A stretch of 64,000 bases of DNA from Octopus vulgaris. Taxonomy: Eukaryota. Below are positions 26,620 to 39,052 of this stretch, piece after piece. The position numbers were made by a program, and so were the translations under genes. The notes under the pieces were generated by a model, which saw only the letters and a program-made list of their open reading frames with translations, did no database searches and had not been told where the DNA came from. The DNA lies in contig OX597816.1 of the NCBI GenBank assembly GCA_951406725.2, positions 177,320,001 through 177,384,000 on the forward strand, given 5' to 3'. Position 1 is the first letter of the stretch; each line of letters begins with the position of its first letter.

Positions 26620-26716
26620 ATTATTTGTTAGACAAGTAGGAAAGGTCTTAGATCTTTAAGTTCTTGTAACTAGTGGATATCTTACGTTTCAGGCTCCTGT
26701 CGTTTATTATAGCTCA

Positions 26717-26751
<35 letters not shown>

Positions 26752-27516
26752 AGGCGGGGCAGAGAGAGAGACGGACAGACAGACAGATAGAAAAAGAGAG
26801 AGAGAGAGAGAAAATTGTGAAAGAAGAAGAAAGGGATTTAGAGGAAACTGAGGTCGTTTTGACTGCAGGTTTGTAAATGCTTTGGCTTTGCCCATCGAAT
26901 AAACTAAAAGTGTTGGATGACAGATTGAAGGACCCTTGGTATCTGGAACATTGTAAAACGCTTGTTTTCTACAGCTTAAACAACTCATGCCTTCTATCGA
27001 AGGTCCATGAAGAGCGGTCTTGTATGGTACTCTGAGGAATTATGGATCCATTCCATAAGTTTTTATGCTAGCTTGTGATAAGGACTACCGCATAATATTA
27101 CCCTGAAACTGATGTACCCGAGATGCGAACAGATCGACAGAATCGTTTAGTGTCTGCGTACCGCTGACGTGTGGAATTTTGTTCAACAACTATTATCGCA
27201 CTACATCTGTCTAGTGACTACAAGTAAAAAAAGGGGATGTGGTATCCGAGCTGTGAAACAGCTGTTGATAAGGTTTTTCATCTTCAACAAAATTATCTTT
27301 AAGAATAATTTGAAGCGGAAAGAGAGGTGGAACAAGAAGTTCAACCTACCGATAAATTTCAAGAAATTTGTGCGAGAGCAGTTCGTTCAACGCTGATAAA
27401 AGTGCTAACTCTTCATTTTCTCCCAGTGACTGACGTTGTCAGAGAAGAAAAGCTTGTAAGGTGCTTATAGAAGTTGATCTTTCCTGACTTGTCAATACTC
27501 CACTTCGGACATATTT

Positions 27517-27845
27517 GTTGTTGTTGTTGTTGTTGTTGCTCTTCTTCTTCTTCTTCTTCTTCTTCTTCTTCTTCTTCTTCTTCTTCTTCTCCTTCTTCTT
27601 CTTCTTCTTCTTCTTCTTCTTCTTCTTCTTCTCCTCCTCCTCCTCCTCCTCCTCCTCCTCCTCCTCCTTCTTCTTCTTCTTCTTCTTCTTCTTCTTCTTC
27701 TTCTCCTCCTCCCCCTCCTCCTCCTCCTCCTCCTCCTTCTTCTTCTTCTTCTTCTTCTTCTTCTTCTTCTCCTCCTTCTTCTTCTTCTTCTTCTTCTTTC
27801 TTCTTCTTCTTCTCCTCCTCCTCCCCTCCTCCTTCTTATTATTAT
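27517..27845. repeat. (GTT)n-(CTT)n/(CCT)n polypyrimidine microsatellite
   Basis: Directly visible. Confidence 0.97.
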
Positions 27846-27846
27846 T

Positions 27847-28230
27847 AAGGCGAGCTGGCAGAATCGTTAGCACGCCGAGCGAAATGCTTAGCGGCATTTC
27901 GTCCGTCCTTACGTTCTGAGTTCAAATTACGCGGACGTCGACTTTGCCTTTCATCCTTTTGAAGTCGATGAAATAGGTACCAGTTACGCATTGGGGTCGA
28001 TGTAGTCAACTAACCTCCACTCCTTGCGCCTTTAGTAAAAAGGATTATTATCATCATTAAGGATTAATAATGATAATAATGATAAAAGGATTATTATCAT
28101 TATTAAGGCGGCGAGCTGGCGGAATCGTTAGCACGTCGGGCGAAATGCTTAGCAGTATTTCCTCCGTACTTATATTTTGAGTTCAAATTTTAGCGAGGTT
28201 GACGTTACCCTCATCCTTTCGGGGTCATTA
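27847..28230 (+). mobile_element. Two tandem SINE family A copies
   Basis: Heads at 27847 and 28105. Confidence 0.85.
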
Positions 28231-28292
28231 GAATACAATATTTACATTATTTACATTCAACGAATATTTGTCCTCATCTTGTTTGTTGTTAA

Positions 28293-28334
28293 CACAACGT
28301 TTCGGCTGATATACCCTTCAGCCTTCTTCAGGTG
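28293..28334 (-). ncRNA. Minimal type I hammerhead motif in a Penelope-like remnant (~28235-28390)
   Basis: Minus strand: CAC-CTGAAGA-A-GGCTG-AAGGGTATAT-CAGCC-GAAAC-GTT|GTG; all stems complementary. Confidence 0.8.
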
Positions 28335-28396
28335 ACTTGGGGAAATTTCGAACTTGGGTTCTCATTCCTAAGGTATTTTTCGATGTTGTTATTATT

Positions 28397-28890
28397 GAGT
28401 GAGAGAGCAGTGCATGCCATCAACGTGGCACTGGGGTAAAATATACGAAGCCCAGTATACCCATCATGACTACCCGTCTGATAAGGGTACACTAGGCACA
28501 TGCATCACAACCATTTGTGTGCGACATGGTGATCTCATATCAAGATACACAGCACATGATCTTGCAGGTGGGGCCCAGTTAGAATTTTCTTCTGGTCGAG
28601 TAACCCATTCCGCTCAAGAGGTCCCTGAATAAGGGTTGTTTAAGGATGTTGAACGAAACACCCATGTTTCCAGGATTGAATTATTCAAACCCCAAAGAAT
28701 CCCTCGCAACACATGGCTATGATGCTCCCCACCACTACTTCTGCTAGTGATCAGAGATGCACATAGCATCAGCAACTAAGGGACATGTTCAACTGGTTAA
28801 GGTCAAGCAAATGACAAGCAAATCTGTGGTATTGAGCAGAATATTTGCTGTAGCCCATCTTTTATACCAAGACAAAACAATGTACATGAT
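28397..28890 (-). mobile_element. ~555-bp (TAA)n-associated non-coding repeat, copy 1 (interrupted by SINE B)
   Basis: Highly similar to 29591-30147. Confidence 0.85.
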
Positions 28891-29054
28891 AGGTGCAGGA
28901 GTGGCTGTGTGGTAAGTAGCTTGCTTGCCAAATACATGGTTCCGGGTTCAGTCCCACTGCGTGGCACCTTGGGCAAGTGTCTTCTACTATAGCCTCGGGC
29001 CGACCAAAGCCTTGTGAGTGGATTTGGTAGACGGAAACTGGAAGAAGCCCGTTG

Positions 29055-29055
<1 letters not shown>
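28891..29055 (+). mobile_element. SINE family B, 5' half
   Basis: GGAGTGGCTGTGTGGTAAG A-box, GGTTCAGTCCC B-box, CCTTGGGCAAGTGTCTT domain. Confidence 0.9.
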
Positions 29056-29118
<63 letters not shown>

Positions 29119-29164
29119 AGTAAAAAGTGTGAAAGAGTTAAGATCAGAAGCCACGAGAGCCAAG

Positions 29165-29575
29165 TCTGGCAGCTGACTTGGCAGACACCCATAAAATTAT
29201 TAACCATCTTACAAACAATAACTCTGAGCACCTTTTCAAACTCCACCTGTCTAACACCCGTGGACATGTTTACAAAGTCAGAAAACAGCACAGTTCCCAT
29301 AAATTTCGGAAACATTTTTTCACACTAAGAGTTGCTGAAGCATTGAACAAACTGCCGGCATCAGATGTTAGTTGTCGGAGCACTGTATCCTTCAAAACTT
29401 CCATGCTTCCCAAGATTCGCCAACACTACACCTGATTTTCTCCCCTCCATACACACGCAAGCATGTATCTGATTCCTACACTGTTCACTTTCCAGACATT
29501 TATACATTACTGCATACGCTTTATACGCACTTTTGACGAGTTGTGGTGCACCTGAGCACTGTATACAATAATTTC
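29165..29575 (+). mobile_element. CR1-clade LINE 3' fragment
   Basis: HKIINHL...NTRGHVYKV...RKHFFTLRV...LNKLP, typical of the CR1 ORF2 C-terminus. Confidence 0.85.
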
Positions 29576-29590
29576 TTTATCATTATTATT

Positions 29591-30144
29591 GAGTGAGAGA
29601 GCAGTTCATGCCATCAAAGTGACACTGGGGTAAAATATACGAAGCCCAATATACCCATCATGACTACCCGTCTGATAAAGGTACACCAGGCACATGCATC
29701 ACAACCATATGTGCGCGACATGGTGATCTCATATCAAGATAAACAGCACATGACCTTGCAGGTGGGGCCCAGTTAGAATTTTCTTCAGGTTGAGTAGCCC
29801 ATCCCGCTCAAACGGTCCCTGAATAAAGGTTGTTTAAGGATGTTGAAAGAACCACCCATGTTTCCAGAGGTGAACTATTCAAACCCCAAAGAATCCCTCT
29901 CAACACATGGCTATGATTCTCCCCCACTCATTCTGCTCGTGATCAGAGATGCACATATCGTCAGCCACTAAGGGACATGCTCAACTGGTTAAGGTCAAAC
30001 AACTGACAAGCAAATCTGTGGTATTGAGCAGAATATTTGCTGTAGCCCATCTTTTATACCAAGACAAAACAATGTACATGATAACACTTCCAATCAGTTA
30101 AGATCAGAAGCCATGAGAGCCACTGCCTGGTACTGCATCAGGGC

Positions 30145-30147
<3 letters not shown>
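29591..30147 (-). mobile_element. ~555-bp (TAA)n-associated non-coding repeat, copy 2 (apparently complete)
   Basis: Flanked by (TTA)n on both sides; three copies within 2.3 kb. Confidence 0.85.
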
Positions 30148-30199
<52 letters not shown>

Positions 30200-30682
30200 G
30201 AGTGAGCGAGCAGAGCATGCCATCAAAGTGACACTGGGGTAAAATATACGAAGCCCAGTATACCCATCATGACTACCTGTCTGATAAGGGTACATCAGGC
30301 ACATGCATCACAACCATATGTGCGCGACATGGTGATCTCATATCAAGATAAACAGCACATGACCTTGCAGGTGGAGCCCAGTTAGAATTTTCTTCAGATC
30401 GAGTAACCCATCCCGCTCAAAAGGTCCTTGAATAAGGGTTGTTTAAGGACGTTGAACGAAACACCCATGTTTCCAGAGGTGAATTATTCAAACCCCAAAG
30501 AATCCTTCTCAACACATGGCTATGATGCTCCCCCACTACTTCTGCTCGTGATCAGAGATGCACATATCGTCAGCCACTAAGGGACATGCTCAACTGGTTA
30601 AGGTCAAACAACTGACAAGCAAATCTGTGGTATTGAGCAGAATATTTGCTGTAGCCCATCTTTTATACCAAGACAAAACAAT
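30200..30682 (-). mobile_element. ~555-bp (TAA)n-associated repeat, copy 3 (truncated)
   Basis: Near-identical to copy 2; (TTA)n flanks. Confidence 0.85.
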
Positions 30683-30709
30683 ATTATTATTATTATTATT
30701 ATTATTATT

Positions 30710-33700
30710 GCGTGCAAAACCAGGAGACTGCAGCGAGCGTGCAGGCCCATATCGAGATATGCTTGGGAGACGCTTTTGTACAGTTGAGGTGAGATGCCCA
30801 ACTAAAAAATAAGCCAAAGGCAGTGCAACAACAACCGTAAAAAGTGAAGAATTCTAGCTAATTCCGTCATACCTCGGTCGGAGAAGGTTAGAAACCAGGT
30901 AGCTGAAGTGGACATCTGTTCACTGGTACGGCATAGAAAAAAGAAGAACAATTCTCGAAGTGCACAAAATGGGAAACGAAAATTGGTCAGGCACGAGAAT
31001 GGAATTATTAATACCGGACGATTGGATAAGTATCGAAGCCATCCCTAGCTATTTGATGCAGTCGTGGTCAGGAAGCCGAGATGCCACATTTGTGGCGAGA
31101 CAAGCCACTTAAAGGCTTTCTACCCCATACAAAGAAAAAGAAAACCCCTGCTGCTGCAGACACCTCAAACATAGCAACATCAGTATCAAAAGCAACCGCA
31201 GCAGCACCAACAGCACCAACTACGGCAGAAAAAGCAGCTGGAGAGATCCTTGCAACAACATCAGCAGCATGCGCCAGTACCACACCCGAGAAAAACAATA
31301 ACATCACTTGCACCATCGCAACCAGGAAAAGTCTCATCCACACCTGTCTATCAAATCCCCAGCTTTAAAATGCGTGACTGTGCAGACATACCTCTCCCCG
31401 CTGCCACAAAAATTTCTTCGACAAAATGAAATGGGCAGTGCAAGACTAAAGACGAAGAGATTAGAGAAGGAGATGCGAGAACCAAGAAAGTATTACACAT
31501 CCATACTCTCTCCACCAACACAATTACCAACATCTCTAACACTACAGACACCATCAACATTACAAACACCTCAACAAAGAAAGCATAGCAATCCAGACAA
31601 ACAATACACGATACATCGCACCTCCGCATAACACTCCTATTAACATAACAATTTTAGAAACAGCGCAACAGCCTTACAACAAACTATCTCAAGGAAAATA
31701 TCTGAAGCAAAATATCCCAAAGGAATAGGATATTTCTGCAGGACCATAAAAGAAATGCTTGTGGAGAGACCCACAAGCCTCTCCACAGAAATTGGGTGAC
31801 TGACTCTCTTCACTCTCCTTCTCTCTGAGAAACATCGCCTTATTCAGAGTAGGCAGTATAAATGCATGCGACCTGGTGTCGCCATAGAAACAGGATAACC
31901 TACTCAACGATTTCAGGTCACTAAGAATAAATGTCACGGCTATCAGTGAGATCAGACTTTCCAATCGACAAGCTTCCATGACCATTTTCGGTGGCTACAA
32001 GATTTACTTATTTCTATATCAACCAGAAATGGAGGTTGGAACTGCAATGTTGTTCTGGAAAGGTGTGCATCTCATGAAGGTAAGTAGGTGGTCCTGCATT
32101 TGAACAGTTGCGATGGGAGTGCTTTCAGACTAATGGCTGTTTATACTCCGGTGGAGGCAGCTCAGCTGGATTTCTTCAGACGTCAGGAGGTTTTTCTCGG
32201 AACGTCTCCATCTTAAGTGCTAATGGATAATTAGAACGCTATCTTGGGCGCCGTTTAAATTTGGTGCAGTTGGCTGTTAGAAGAGCGCCTTCAAAAGCCT
32301 CGCAAACCTGCTCAGACATTTTCAACTATCTGACAGATACCGACTGAACTTTCCCAATGTGTCAGTATGAACTTGAATGAACTGCATTAGGTTATCTAGG
32401 CTGTGTCTAGATAAGGTATGCAGTAGGCCGGTAGATAAAGATAGGATAAGTTGTCCACTTTTTAAAATCGTCGGTTACATAGACCACAAAATCGTGATCT
32501 GCATGGTCAACCTAAATGAGCTTAGTAAGCAGGGGTCCGGTTACTGGAAGCTGAACGCATCACTCCCGGCGTGCCAAGTTTACTTTGGTCAAAGTGTAAG
32601 CGAACAGGTTGGCGCTTGTCGTCGAAGAATTGAATGTTGATGCGAAAACATGCGCCATCCCAAGCAGATCTATCTATGATAAGCTCTGCCTCATGCGATA
32701 CATCAGACAGTGTGCATAAAGAAGCTGGCATAGATACGACCCTGATCACTTTGGATCAACCAAAAGCCTTCAATAGAGCTGACCAACAATACTTGGTGGC
32801 CGTTTCGGTTTCGGCCGTTTTCTGAGGCTGGATTACTGCAATGTACAGCGATATCTGTTCGGGTGAAAAGTTACTTATCGGGACCCTTCAGCATCATACA
32901 GTCGGACCGTCAATGGTACCCACTTTCGTCTCTATATGTACTGGCTCTAGAGCCAACACTGCGCAAATTGGAGTGTTGAGAGGTACCCATGGGAGACCGT
33001 GTCAGAATATGCGGACGTCGTCACCGTCATAAAGTCGAACACCAGATACATAGAACTGGTCGTCACTGCTGTAAAAAATACGGGGCGATGACAGGAGGAA
33101 AAATTAACCAAGTAAAGACAGTGGGCCAGCAGCTTGGCGCCTGGAAATGCCGACAAATGATATCGTGGGATGCTAGGTGGAGGGACCGGTTAGATTGCTG
33201 TGGGTGTGGGGGGGTAGTTTGAATCGCCAGATGGAGAAGAGCTGGGATGATTTCACCTGGAAGTGGGCCAAAAGAAAACTTTCTCTGAAAGGTGGCAAAT
33301 GCATAACATCATACCTGATCGTCGCACCGTGCACCAGTTTACGTCTGGCCAAACTGGAGAGCATACCCTTTCACTTTCTTTGGATGAGACGCGTTCTACT
33401 GGTCAAGTACTCCATTTGTTGTCAACCCCGATGAATGGAGGACTGGGCATGCTGTGGCTACTATGGTACAGAAATGCGCTGAAGCTACGATATATCTCCA
33501 ACGCTTCCTTGATGGTGAGCAAGTGTGGTCACCATTTGACAGACTCGCACTGCTGCAGCTCGTCTCTTTGAACTACAATCCTGGATCAAGTGTAAACCGA
33601 GGCAGGACGCCTGGCACCTAGAGAATCATCAGGGGCTCACTATTCTTTGTCTGACGAGTAATGCTGACTTGTGGGTTTATGTCAAGCGCCTATTGTCAAG

Positions 33701-34210
33701 TGCAGGACGAATCAGTCTATCGACCGAGTCCGTTGTGAAGATCCTCACGCCGCCTTTTTTTGGTCAGAAATGGAAAGACGTGTTTATTTGTCTAGTCGCC
33801 TTTGCGAAAGAGGTGTGATAGACCAAATTGAAAGTGCTAGTGCTGAAGATAGATACTTTCCTATTTGGCCAAGCCCTCATCAGCTTCTTCAAGTTTCATT
33901 TGAAAAGGCAAGTGAAGGTAGAGAGACAGGTGCTGCCTCCCAGCTGCACTCGCTAAGCATACGTCTGTAGAATGAAGGAAGACGATGTGGAGAAGGCACT
34001 TGTCCTAGTGGTCAGGGTGACCGTGGTGTTGTGGATTATACAAGAGCAGTTCTGGGAATTCACCCTATTTTGGAGAATCTTTCGTTGTTAAAATTTATAA
34101 TTTTATTATTTTTTTATACTGTTTACACGCTTTATTGTATGTAACTCCACATTGTATTGCTCTCTACTAACCTCAATATTTTTTGTGAGCACTTAGTGGT
34201 AAATAAAATT
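30710..34210 (+). pseudogene. Decayed Tx1/L1-clade LINE (ORF1 zinc knuckle, APE endonuclease, RT remnants, polyA signal)
   Basis: CHICGETSHLKAF knuckle at ~31082; RVGSINA (31845); GYWKLNASL; LDQPKAFNRADQQYL; YADVVTV (~33008); AATAAA at 34202; many frameshifts. Confidence 0.8.
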
Positions 34211-34559
34211 ATTAATATTATTGTTGTTGTTGTTGTTAGTAGTAGTAATAGTAGTAGTAGTCGTAGTAGTAGTAGTGTTATGCGTGACTTTCGTGGTGAA
34301 CGGACGCATTTTACAGAATTCCTACAAAGATAAGAATTCGCTCTGTATGACCTATCATAAAATATGCTTTTGTTCTTGTTTTCACTTTGGAAAATTAATA
34401 AAGGGCTTTCAGATTGCGCTAGGCTTTTCCTCTTTCCGGTGGAAAGAAAGATTAATCTTTGACATTGTTTTTAAGTTGTGTATATTTCCGTTAAACAACA
34501 ATTTGTATTGTTAGTTGTATTCCAGAATAGTTACATCAGTGGCAGTGACATGTGGAAAT

Positions 34560-35650
34560 TTTTCCTTTCCTTATTACTAGAACTGCACATTTATCTTTTC
34601 TAACTTCCATACCAATCTCTTCACTCGCAACTCTAACCGTCTCGACCAATGAATCCAAAGCTTTCTCAATTCGGTAAATAATTTCAGGTCAGCCATAAAC
34701 AGGAGGTGGTTTATTTTCTCACCACTGCTAAATACGTGAAATGATTTAGCTTCTCGCAAGAGAGGGATAAGAGCCACCTCGAATAGTAGTAGTGAAAGTG
34801 ATCTTTGGAATATTCTTTTCCACTCTAGGTGCAAGGCCCGAAATTTTTGGGGAGGGAGCCAGTCGATTAGATCGACCCCAGTATGAAACTGGTACTTAAT
34901 TTATCGATCCCGAAGGATGAAAGACAAAGTCGACATCGGCGGAATTTGAACTCAGAACATAAAGACAGACGAAATACCTATTTCTTTACTACCCACAAGG
35001 GGCTAAACACGGAGGGGACAAACAAGAACAGACAAACGGATTAAGTCGATTACATCGACCCCAGTGCGTAACTGGTACTTATTTAATCGACCCCGAAAGG
35101 ATGAAAGGCAAAGTCAACCTCGGCGGAATTTGAACTCAGAACGTAGCGGCAGACGAAGTACCTATTTTTATTGCCCACAAGGGGCTAAACATAGAGGGGA
35201 CAAGCAAGGATAGACAAACGGATTAAGTCGATTACATCTTAATTTATCGACCTCGAAAGGATGAAAAGCAAAGTTGACCTCGGCGGAATTTGAACTCAGA
35301 ACATAAAGACAGACGAAATACCGCTAAGCATTTCGCCCGGCGTGCTAACGATTCTGCCAGCTCGCCGCCTTATCACTTTGGAATATTACCTTACTTATGC
35401 TGACTTCATCTAACCTACCTTGACAGTACAGTTCTCCATTTTGACATACTGTTTTGTAAGAGCTAGACAATATTCTTAGCTATCTCAAATATATTGAAGC
35501 ATCCTAGGATCCATGAGTGTGGCACACTCCTATATACCTCTTCCTCCTTTTGAAGTTGCAGAAGGCTTGATCTACATATCATAGGTCATTCGTCCTTTCA
35601 GAATATTCTCTATCTCTTCTTTGTTCTTCTGGCAGTAGATCTCCTTCCGC
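34560..35650 (-). mobile_element. Decayed R4/Dong RT fragment split by a SINE insertion
   Basis: IFQ..SLSLLLF..ALIPL and KINHLLFMADLKLF (HLLFMDDLK-type RT motif). Confidence 0.7.
34815..35371 (-). mobile_element. Trimeric SINE family A with 12-bp TSD
   Basis: One head plus three B-box/central-domain modules joined by a linker; TSD CTTTGGAATATT at 34803-34814 and 35376-35387. Confidence 0.88.
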
Positions 35651-35664
35651 AATATATATATATA

Positions 35665-35870
35665 CTCTTACTCTCTTTTATTCGTTTCAGTCATTTGACT
35701 GCGGCCATGCTGGAGCACCGCCTTTACAGTCGAGCAAATCCCCCCCCCGAGCTTATTCTTTGTAAGCCTAGTACTTATTCTATCGGTCTCTTTTGCCGAA
35801 CCGCTAAGTTATGGGGTCGTAAACACACCAGCATTGGTTGTCAAGCGATGCTGGGGTGACAAACAGACAG

Positions 35871-35906
<36 letters not shown>

Positions 35907-36065
35907 CACACACACACACACATACACGAAGAGCTTCTTCCAGTTTCCGTCTACCAAATCCACTCACAAGGCTTTGGTCGACCCGAGGCTATAGTACAAG
36001 ACACTTGCCCAAGGTGCTACACAGTGGGACTGAACCCAGGACCATGTGGTTGGTGTGCAAGCTAC
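35665..36065 (-). mobile_element. SINE family B, near full length, with internal (CA)n
   Basis: Reverse complement of 61987-62375. Confidence 0.88.
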
Positions 36066-36212
36066 TTTATTTTATATCTTTCGCCATAAAGATATGTAAC
36101 TTTGCAGACTGGACAAGACATTAATGAGGCGAATGGTAATAATATAAGATGATATAGATGTGAGAAGACAGAAAGTGCCCGCCGACCCTCTGCTTCTCTA
36201 AAACATTATTCG

Positions 36213-37248
36213 TTATATAGAGGTATTAAACCTCTTACAAATATATACAAAAAATTGGACTAGAAGTCCATCACAAAAGAAACAATATTTATACACATAC
36301 ATATGGAGGCGATAAACCTCTGACATTACTCCCCAATCAACTCTTTTGCGACCTGCAGGTATTCCTACAACCACCAATCGGAGCCAAACGAAAGTAATCT
36401 GTAGTACTCTTTTGGGAAGGATCTTGACCTGTGGAAAAAAATCTTTTCTTTCCAGTCCCTGCGCAGGCCACACTGGACTGTCAATAAAAATCGGGTCCAT
36501 CAAAACCCGACTATCAAGATTATTCTCCACATACTCCTCAATCGCCCCTCCCCTGCGATAGAGGAATACAAATTCCTCATCACTTTCATTGAGAGAGACC
36601 TCAACTACCTCGCTCGCTGGCACACATCCCACCGACAAGGTTTCCTTCTTCTCCCCCTCCGGTGGCACACATCCCACCGAAGGGGTTTCGGGACATGCCG
36701 TCGCCGGCAATGGCCAGTTTTTCTTTTTCTTCTTCTGTTTTCCCTTTTGCGACGGGAGGGTGGAGTTCTTCCTATATGTCCGGAGGTCCCTCCTCCCTTC
36801 CCGCCACATCAGGATCCATTGGTGGGCAACAATGGTTGCCCACCTTCTTTCTCTTAGTACCTTTTCTCGTGGAGGTTGCCTCCTCCTCGACTTTCTCCCT
36901 CTCTCCCTCCAATGAAGGAACAGGAGGCTCCGTTGGGGGAATAGAGGGATTACAGTCATCATCAATCAACTGTGCCAGGACCTTCGCCTGATCCCGGCAA
37001 CACTTCTTCATCATGTGCCCTGATTCCAGGCACAGGTGACACTTGGTGGGGGTGTTCCTCAATGAGCACCGGGTGCCTGGAACCGGCCATTGTCAAGAAA
37101 TCTGGTAAAACCAGATCTTCGGCCGATTGGGCCCATAGGGTCAAAATTGCTTTTGACCCGACCCAATCGACCGTAGGCAGTATTTTTACATTCAAGAGCC
37201 TGGCAGAGCCACCACCCAAACCTCGACGGATTGAATATGTAAGATTCC
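36213..37248 (-). pseudogene. LINE ORF1 (Tx1/L1-like) remnant with CCHC zinc knuckle
   Basis: TKCHLCLESGHMMKKC knuckle followed by a low-complexity K/E-rich region; frameshifts. Confidence 0.65.
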
Positions 37249-37716
37249 AAATATATATATATATATATATTACATACATACATACATACACTACAAACAA
37301 AACATACACAATACATATACGTACACGCACACACACATACTTCAAACTACCAGTACCTTTCACCGACTATGGGTAGATAGACACAAGAGCCACTCCTACT
37401 TCATTCTTCCTTGAACTTAAACGATACTGAGCCCAACCACACACATAGATTAACAGCCACAACCACACACACACAAACACACACACACACGTGCTATCAT
37501 TGCACACATACAGACATGCACACACGCGCACACACAGACCTGCGCGCACGCACATATCCACACTTACACACACATACCTCCTCTTGCACTCTCCTGTTTT
37601 TCAAAGAACTTTTTCTTCGCCCATTCCCTTCTAGTCATTCGAAATGTGACCGCGGGTGTACCGTTGGCGATTTTTTTCCCTCCGTCGTCCCTTCTTTGGA
37701 TCTTCCCTTTTTCTAT

Positions 37717-37750
37717 GTTTCTGACGAAGAGCTTCGCTCGAAACGTAAAC
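37717..37750 (+). ncRNA. Minimal hammerhead motif in a Penelope-like remnant (~37270-37845)
   Basis: GTTT-CTGACGA-A-GAGC-TTC-GCTC-GAAAC-GTA|AAC; stem I imperfect; followed by (TA)n. Confidence 0.65.
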
Positions 37751-37842
37751 CCTCCTTCTTTCCTTCTTTCCTGAGTGTCAATAATACTATACTTGTTCCA
37801 CGTCCTCGTGTTGTTGTTTTCTCTTTGTGTTTTCATGTTTGG

Positions 37843-37890
<48 letters not shown>

Positions 37891-38036
37891 GAATGTTACA
37901 TATATATCATTCTGCCTAAAAAATGGATATACAACTTCAATATCCCTACATATCTTACATCTATTTTTTTCCTCCACTTCACTCTCTATTTTGTATCCTA
38001 TCTAAACTAACTATTACTTAACAATCCTCTCACACC

Positions 38037-38088
38037 GTCTCCGATGAAAGGATATAATTAATAAATATCCTGGAAATAGCTGCAAGAC
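38037..38088 (+). ncRNA. Degenerate hammerhead motif (CCGAUGA) in a Penelope-like remnant (~37890-38165)
   Basis: GTCT-CCGATGA-A-AGGATAT...ATATCCT-G-GAAATAGCTGCA|AGAC; stems I and II complementary, stem III mutated. Confidence 0.5.
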
Positions 38089-38164
38089 ATTCTACCCATA
38101 AATGTTCTAATAACTTCACAGCCTTGGTTTTTTATCTCATTATGCAAAAAATTCCTATAAAATT

Positions 38165-38208
<44 letters not shown>

Positions 38209-38229
38209 TATAAAATTTATTATATTATT

Positions 38230-38901
38230 ACTAGCATTATGACCCGTCGTTGCCGGGTTATAGTGCTAGTGCATGTATATGTGTATATATATGTGTACAT
38301 ATTACATGTACATCTATATATATACATCTACACATAAAATACAAAATACAAAGTTATATCTTAATATCGCTAGTGATAACAATACTCAAAATATATAACA
38401 GACTGTAATTGTTAGCTTGTCTCTTGTAATTTCGATCAATTGTATCTTGTCATCCCTCTTGTATAGAAGTGTAGCTACAATCCAGCCTACCTCTACTTCT
38501 GGGGCGGGGGGGGGGGCAATAGAAGCAAGGTTCGAGTCAACGGAGTGTGCAAGGGAGTACTCGACTCGAACTTGCAAAGTGGAAATATTTTATTTTAACC
38601 TTTATATTTAAAATGCACCCCCGCCCCAGAAGTAGAGGTAGGCTGGATTGTAGCTACACTTCTATACAAGAGGGAGGAGAAGATACAATTGATCGAAATT
38701 ACAAGAGACGGGCTAACAATTCCAGTCTGTTATATATTTTGAGCATTGTTATCACTAGTGATATCAATATATAACTTTGTACTTTGTATTTTATGTGTAG
38801 ATGTATATATATAGATGTACATGTAATATGTACACATATATATACACATATATAAATGCACTAGCACTATGACCCGGCAACGACGGGTCTTTAATGCTAG
38901 T
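38230..38901. mobile_element. Fold-back element with ~285-bp arms and Helitron-type 3' ends at both termini
   Basis: Arms 38230-38510 and 38616-38901; terminal GACCCGGCAACGACGGGTC hairpin plus CTAG; TA-rich flanks. Confidence 0.8.
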
Positions 38902-39052
38902 ATATATATATATATATATATATTCTTTGCAATAACATCTATTAGCAACTTCCACATCAGTGGAAGGCAAGTTATTGGTCAGTAATTATTTGATATTTCC
39001 ATCCTTTCGATCTTTCACAAACCTTGTACCAAAATTTGAACCCACTATTACT

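Noticed and set aside
27439-27919. Poly-K/E, poly-S/P and poly-F ORFs
   Set aside because: (CTT)n/(CCT)n microsatellite plus a SINE head.
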